The notes below the pieces were generated by a model that ran no database searches, was not told where the DNA came from, and was given only the letters and a program-made list of their open reading frames with translations. This document shows, one piece after another, positions 24,025-27,331 of a DNA stretch of 27,331 nt. The translations under genes and the position numbers were made by a program. This DNA is from a virus (Duplodnaviria; Caudoviricetes), in IMG/VR virus record IMGVR_UViG_3300032219_001311, positions 1 through 27,331 of that record; one strand, written 5' to 3'. The first letter of the stretch is position 1, and every line of letters begins with the position of its first letter.

Positions 24025-24690
24025 ATGGAAACTATTGCACCAAAAAAGCGCGGACGCCCACCAAAGGTCAAAGAGGCCCTTGATCATGCAGCCCAAAGTG
24101 CCGCAGAAGCGGTAAACATAGATGCTTTGGAAGAGGCATATGAGCCCCTTGCTGTTGCTCCAGAGGCAACGCATGCGGATATTACGCCAACAATTCGCGA
24201 GGATATTAGAGCCCCTATGCGTGAAGAAGACCCCCGCACTCGCGCTGCGCGCCGTGCAGCAGAACTTCGTGATCACCTTGGCGATCTGGATGAAGGCACT
24301 GATGACTTTTTCATCAACAAGTCCGATATTCCACCGGGCTGGGAATATGAATGGAAGCGTAAGCTTTTGATGGGCGCTGAAGATCCTGCATATCAGGTGG
24401 CACTGGCCCGCGCTGGTTGGGAAGCGGTTCCGACATCGCGTCACCCATCCTACATGCCAAATAGCGGCAATCACCCAACGATTGAGCGCAAGGGTATGGT
24501 CCTTATGGAGCGTCCGTCAGAAATATCTGAAGAGTCCCGTGCAATTGAATTGCGCAAGGCGCGTAATCAGGTCCGGCAGAAGGAAGCCCAGCTAAATTCC
24601 GCAGAAGGCGGTCAGTTTGAGCGGGCAAATAAAGACCAGTCACTGGTTAATATCCGGAAAACTTACGATTCAATTCCGATTCCTTCGTAA
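24025..24690 (+). CDS. conserved head-module protein with N-terminal AT-hook-like KKRGRPPK
   Basis: AAGGAG RBS; IPPGWEYEWKR..GWEAV..IERKGMVLMERP. Confidence 0.7.
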   Translation: METIAPKKRGRPPKVKEALDHAAQSAAEAVNIDALEEAYEPLAVAPEATHADITPTIREDIRAPMREEDPRTRAARRAAELRDHLGDLDEGTDDFFINKSDIPPGWEYEWKRKLLMGAEDPAYQVALARAGWEAVPTSRHPSYMPNSGNHPTIERKGMVLMERPSEISEESRAIELRKARNQVRQKEAQLNSAEGGQFERANKDQSLVNIRKTYDSIPIPS

Positions 24691-24705
24691 AAAAATTGGT
24701 AAATT

Positions 24706-24729
24706 GGGCGGCTATATGTCGCCCTTTTT
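24706..24729 (+). terminator. intrinsic terminator
   Basis: GGGCGGC-TATAT-GTCGCCC-TTTTT. Confidence 0.75.
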
Positions 24730-24738
24730 ATTATAATG

Positions 24739-24850
24739 TTGACAAACTTAAAAAAATAAAAGATTTATCGTACCGCTTCCCCCGGTGCGGAGGTTCAAAA
24801 AACCCAGTCTTAGTCGCCCCGGTGCGCGATGATGGCTTCCTAAAAAGGAG
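24739..24850 (+). promoter_or_regulatory. putative promoter plus structured 5' leader of capsid genes
   Basis: TTGACA at 24739 (weak -10); two hairpins with the identical loop CCCGGTGC; a small hairpin over the AGGAG RBS. Confidence 0.55.
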
Positions 24851-24857
24851 ATCCGTC

Positions 24858-25451
24858 ATGGCAAATACTTTTGCGCCTTTCGGTTTTAGCCAGTTAAGTG
24901 GAACTGGTTCTGCTCCGACTTACGAGCAGGTTGTGGGCTTTTGCGCTTACAATACCGCTGCTATGTATTTCGGTGACCCTGTTTTCCAGAACGCGAACGG
25001 TACGATTTATCCTACCACTCCCGGCGCTGGAATCCTTGCTGGCGTTTTCGTCGGCTGCAAGTATCTTTCAGTTTCACAGAAGCGTACCGTTTGGTCGAAC
25101 TTCTGGGGCGCTGCTGACGTAGCTTCGACAAACACTGTTGAAGTTTATTACGTCAACGATCCGAATGCGAAGTTCTTGGCTCAGGTTGGTGGTTCGTCCT
25201 CAACTGGCCTCGCTGTCACCGACATCGGTGCCAACGTGCAGTTCGCTTACGGAACTCCTAACACGATGAGCGGCCTTTCGGGCGCGTACATCGACATCAC
25301 CGTCACACCGACAACGACATCCACACTGCCCTTCAAGGTAGTTGGCCTCGACACATCGCCTCCGGGTTCGAATGGTACGGAAGCTGGCGCATACAATTAT
25401 GCAATTGTTGCGTTCAACAACGTCACCACTAAAACCCTAACCGGCATTTAA
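24858..25451 (+). CDS. putative capsid decoration/minor capsid protein
   Basis: AGGAG RBS then MANTFAPFGF; FGDPV, GVFVGC.Y, V.DP; immediately upstream of the major capsid gene. Confidence 0.7.
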   Translation: MANTFAPFGFSQLSGTGSAPTYEQVVGFCAYNTAAMYFGDPVFQNANGTIYPTTPGAGILAGVFVGCKYLSVSQKRTVWSNFWGAADVASTNTVEVYYVNDPNAKFLAQVGGSSSTGLAVTDIGANVQFAYGTPNTMSGLSGAYIDITVTPTTTSTLPFKVVGLDTSPPGSNGTEAGAYNYAIVAFNNVTTKTLTGI

Positions 25452-25465
25452 GGGAGTAAGGTACC

Positions 25466-26380
25466 ATGGCTGTTAATTTATCAGCAATTAAAGACCTTCT
25501 GCTCCCCGGCTTGCGGGGTGTAGAAGGCAAGTACGAGATGATCCCATCTCAGTACGACAAGATCTTCACAAAGCATGATTCGAAGCTGGCGTTGGAGCGT
25601 ACCGCTGAAATGCGTTACCTCGGCCTTGCTCAGTTGAAGACTGAAGGCGGTCAAACGTCTTTCGATAACGGCGCTGGTGAGCGTTATGTATACAACCAAG
25701 AGCATAACGAAATTGCTCTCGGCTATGCAATTACGCGCAAAGCCATCGACGATAACCTGTACAAGACACAGTTCCAACCTTCAAACCTCGGCCTGATTGA
25801 GTCATTCCAACAGACCAAGGAAATCTACGGTTCGAACATCTTGAACACGGCAACAACCTACAACGCCAATATTGGTGGTGATGGCGTAGCGCTTTGCTCG
25901 ACTTCTCACCCAATTGATGGTGGTACGGTTGCCAACACGCCGACCACTCAGGTCGATCTGAACGAGTCCACGTTGCTTAACGCAATGATTTCGATCCGGA
26001 CGAACTTCAAGGATCAAGCTGGTCTGAAGGTCTTTGCCCGTGGCCGTAAGCTTATCGTTCCGCCGCAGCTTGAGCCTGTCGCTATTCGCCTTACCAAGAC
26101 GGAACTCCGTCCGGGTACAGCAGATAATGATGTGAACGCTATAATCAGCACAAGTGGTGGCCTTCCAGAAGGCTACATGGTCAACGACTTCTTAACGTCG
26201 GCCTACGCTTGGTTCCTCCTGACCAACATCGACGGTTTGTCGTACATGGAGCGCGTCAAGTTCGAAACCGACATGCAAGTCGATTTCGTAACCGACAACC
26301 TTCTGGTCAAGGGCTATGAGCGTTATAGCTTTGGCTATTACAACTGGCGTTCGATCTTCGGTTCGTTCCCGACTTCGTAA
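25466..26380 (+). CDS. major capsid protein (HK97 fold, Mu gpT-like)
   Basis: 304 aa; LLPGL, K.EG, ALGYAITR.AI.DNLY, KLIVPPQL, AWFL, ERYSFG...WR..FG. Confidence 0.9.
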   Translation: MAVNLSAIKDLLLPGLRGVEGKYEMIPSQYDKIFTKHDSKLALERTAEMRYLGLAQLKTEGGQTSFDNGAGERYVYNQEHNEIALGYAITRKAIDDNLYKTQFQPSNLGLIESFQQTKEIYGSNILNTATTYNANIGGDGVALCSTSHPIDGGTVANTPTTQVDLNESTLLNAMISIRTNFKDQAGLKVFARGRKLIVPPQLEPVAIRLTKTELRPGTADNDVNAIISTSGGLPEGYMVNDFLTSAYAWFLLTNIDGLSYMERVKFETDMQVDFVTDNLLVKGYERYSFGYYNWRSIFGSFPTS

Positions 26381-26405
26381 TTTAGGAATAGAAAGGAGAT
26401 AACTC

Positions 26406-27331
26406 ATGTCTATTTCTGCTTTTGCTGGTCCTCTGGTAAGTTTTGGTCAGTCTCCGTATGAGACAACTGATAACAACCCAGAAATCGGTCCGTCTTTGTT
26501 TTTTGGTGGCGCGGGGATCTTAGATCCTCGCATCCCATTTTCATACGCGCCCGGTCAAGATTTCGGCGCTACTACTGCTGGGTTTCTTGGTATACAGGAC
26601 GTGGTGTCTTTAAACATTGTGCCCTACACGCTTAATACTTCGGCTCTTGCCGCTTCTGCCAACACGACTGCCAACACGGCAATGACCTTGGCATCTTCTT
26701 CTTCGGCCTCAACCGGAGTTGCAGTTGCCCAGAGCATTGTCCGCTCTGACACTGGTGTTGCCGTTACCGGCCTTCTTGGAATTGACGCCTTCACTCAGGT
26801 GACGGGCTATATCTCAAATGGCACAAGCGGAACTGCTGGTAACATCCTGATTGTCTCCGCAGCTTCTGCTGGTCAGTTGACAATCGGCATGGTTATTAGC
26901 GGTACAGGCATTGCTGCTAACACAACGATCACCGGTTACGGCCCGACTGTTAACGCCACAGACGGCGGTTCTGGTGACGGCTATACTGGTTCGTACACAG
27001 TTAGCGGCGATCCTGTTGCTGCTGGTACAAGTGCTTCGCAGCTTACGATCTCTGCCTCTTTGGGCAACTCAACACTGAACGCTATCGCGGCTGAACGTAC
27101 TTCGTTTGGCGCTGCTGGCACCATTCAGCTTTGGAACCCAATGGCTTTGACCGCCCGTGCTGTGTCTATCACTACCAGTGCTGCCACTGTCGGCACCACC
27201 AACGTCTTTACGGTGGCTGGTTACGACATCTACGGTTATCCAATGTCTGAAGCAATTAGTGTTCCAAGCACTACTGTTTCTGGCACGACCACTAACGGCA
27301 AAAAAGCGTTTAAGTTCATCACCTCTGTAAC
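26406..27331 (+). CDS. Ser/Thr/Gly/Ala-rich virion structural protein, truncated by window end (not in ORF track)
   Basis: AAAGGAG RBS then MSISAFAGPLVSFG; open to the window end (..FTVAGYDIYGYPMSEAI..NGKKAFKFITSV). Confidence 0.8.
   Translation, partial: MSISAFAGPLVSFGQSPYETTDNNPEIGPSLFFGGAGILDPRIPFSYAPGQDFGATTAGFLGIQDVVSLNIVPYTLNTSALAASANTTANTAMTLASSSSASTGVAVAQSIVRSDTGVAVTGLLGIDAFTQVTGYISNGTSGTAGNILIVSAASAGQLTIGMVISGTGIAANTTITGYGPTVNATDGGSGDGYTGSYTVSGDPVAAGTSASQLTISASLGNSTLNAIAAERTSFGAAGTIQLWNPMALTARAVSITTSAATVGTTNVFTVAGYDIYGYPMSEAISVPSTTVSGTTTNGKKAFKFITSV

Noticed and set aside
23267-24474. Long antisense ORFs opposite head genes
   Set aside because: Shadow frames of well-supported + strand genes, with no RBS or motifs.
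1-27331. tRNA, integrase, transposase, reverse transcriptase/DGR, introns, CtrA boxes
   Set aside because: None recognised by eye. terL, portal and capsid appear uninterrupted, and no TTAA-N7-TTAA was found in the intergenic regions inspected. Lifestyle cannot be fixed from this window.

Overview
The window is phage DNA: part of a tailed dsDNA (Caudoviricetes, probably podovirus-like) genome, with no recognisable host genes, rRNA, tRNA, CRISPR array or integrase. Left to right it holds: the end of a lysis cassette (overlapping i-/o-spanins); a leftward recombination module (DUF3310, SSB-like protein, PD-(D/E)XK nuclease); a divergent promoter pair; and a rightward replication module (GapR-like and HTH proteins, RuvC-like resolvase, PrimPol-AAA helicase, GcrA-like HTH) followed by a 13-copy bidirectional iteron cluster that is the likely origin. 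Next come short early genes with a second divergent promoter pair, a non-coding region with two alphaproteobacterial-type LexA boxes and G/C runs, and the head module (TerS, TerL, portal, two large GG-motif proteins, GroES-like co-chaperonin, scaffold, decoration protein, Mu gpT-like capsid, a truncated structural gene). An alphaproteobacterial host is inferred. The most notable signals are four. (1) Two adjacent virion-module proteins are punctuated by about 18 copies of an xxGG motif that delimit modules, suggesting polyprotein processing or a capsid-cargo tag. (2) A 13-bp palindrome GGRCR-N3-YGCCC sits in six early promoters, five in the -35/-10 spacer and one overlapping the -10. (3) Two tandem SOS boxes lie upstream of the packaging genes. 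(4) A twin-hairpin leader with identical loops precedes the capsid genes. All family assignments come from motif recognition by eye; no database searches were run.
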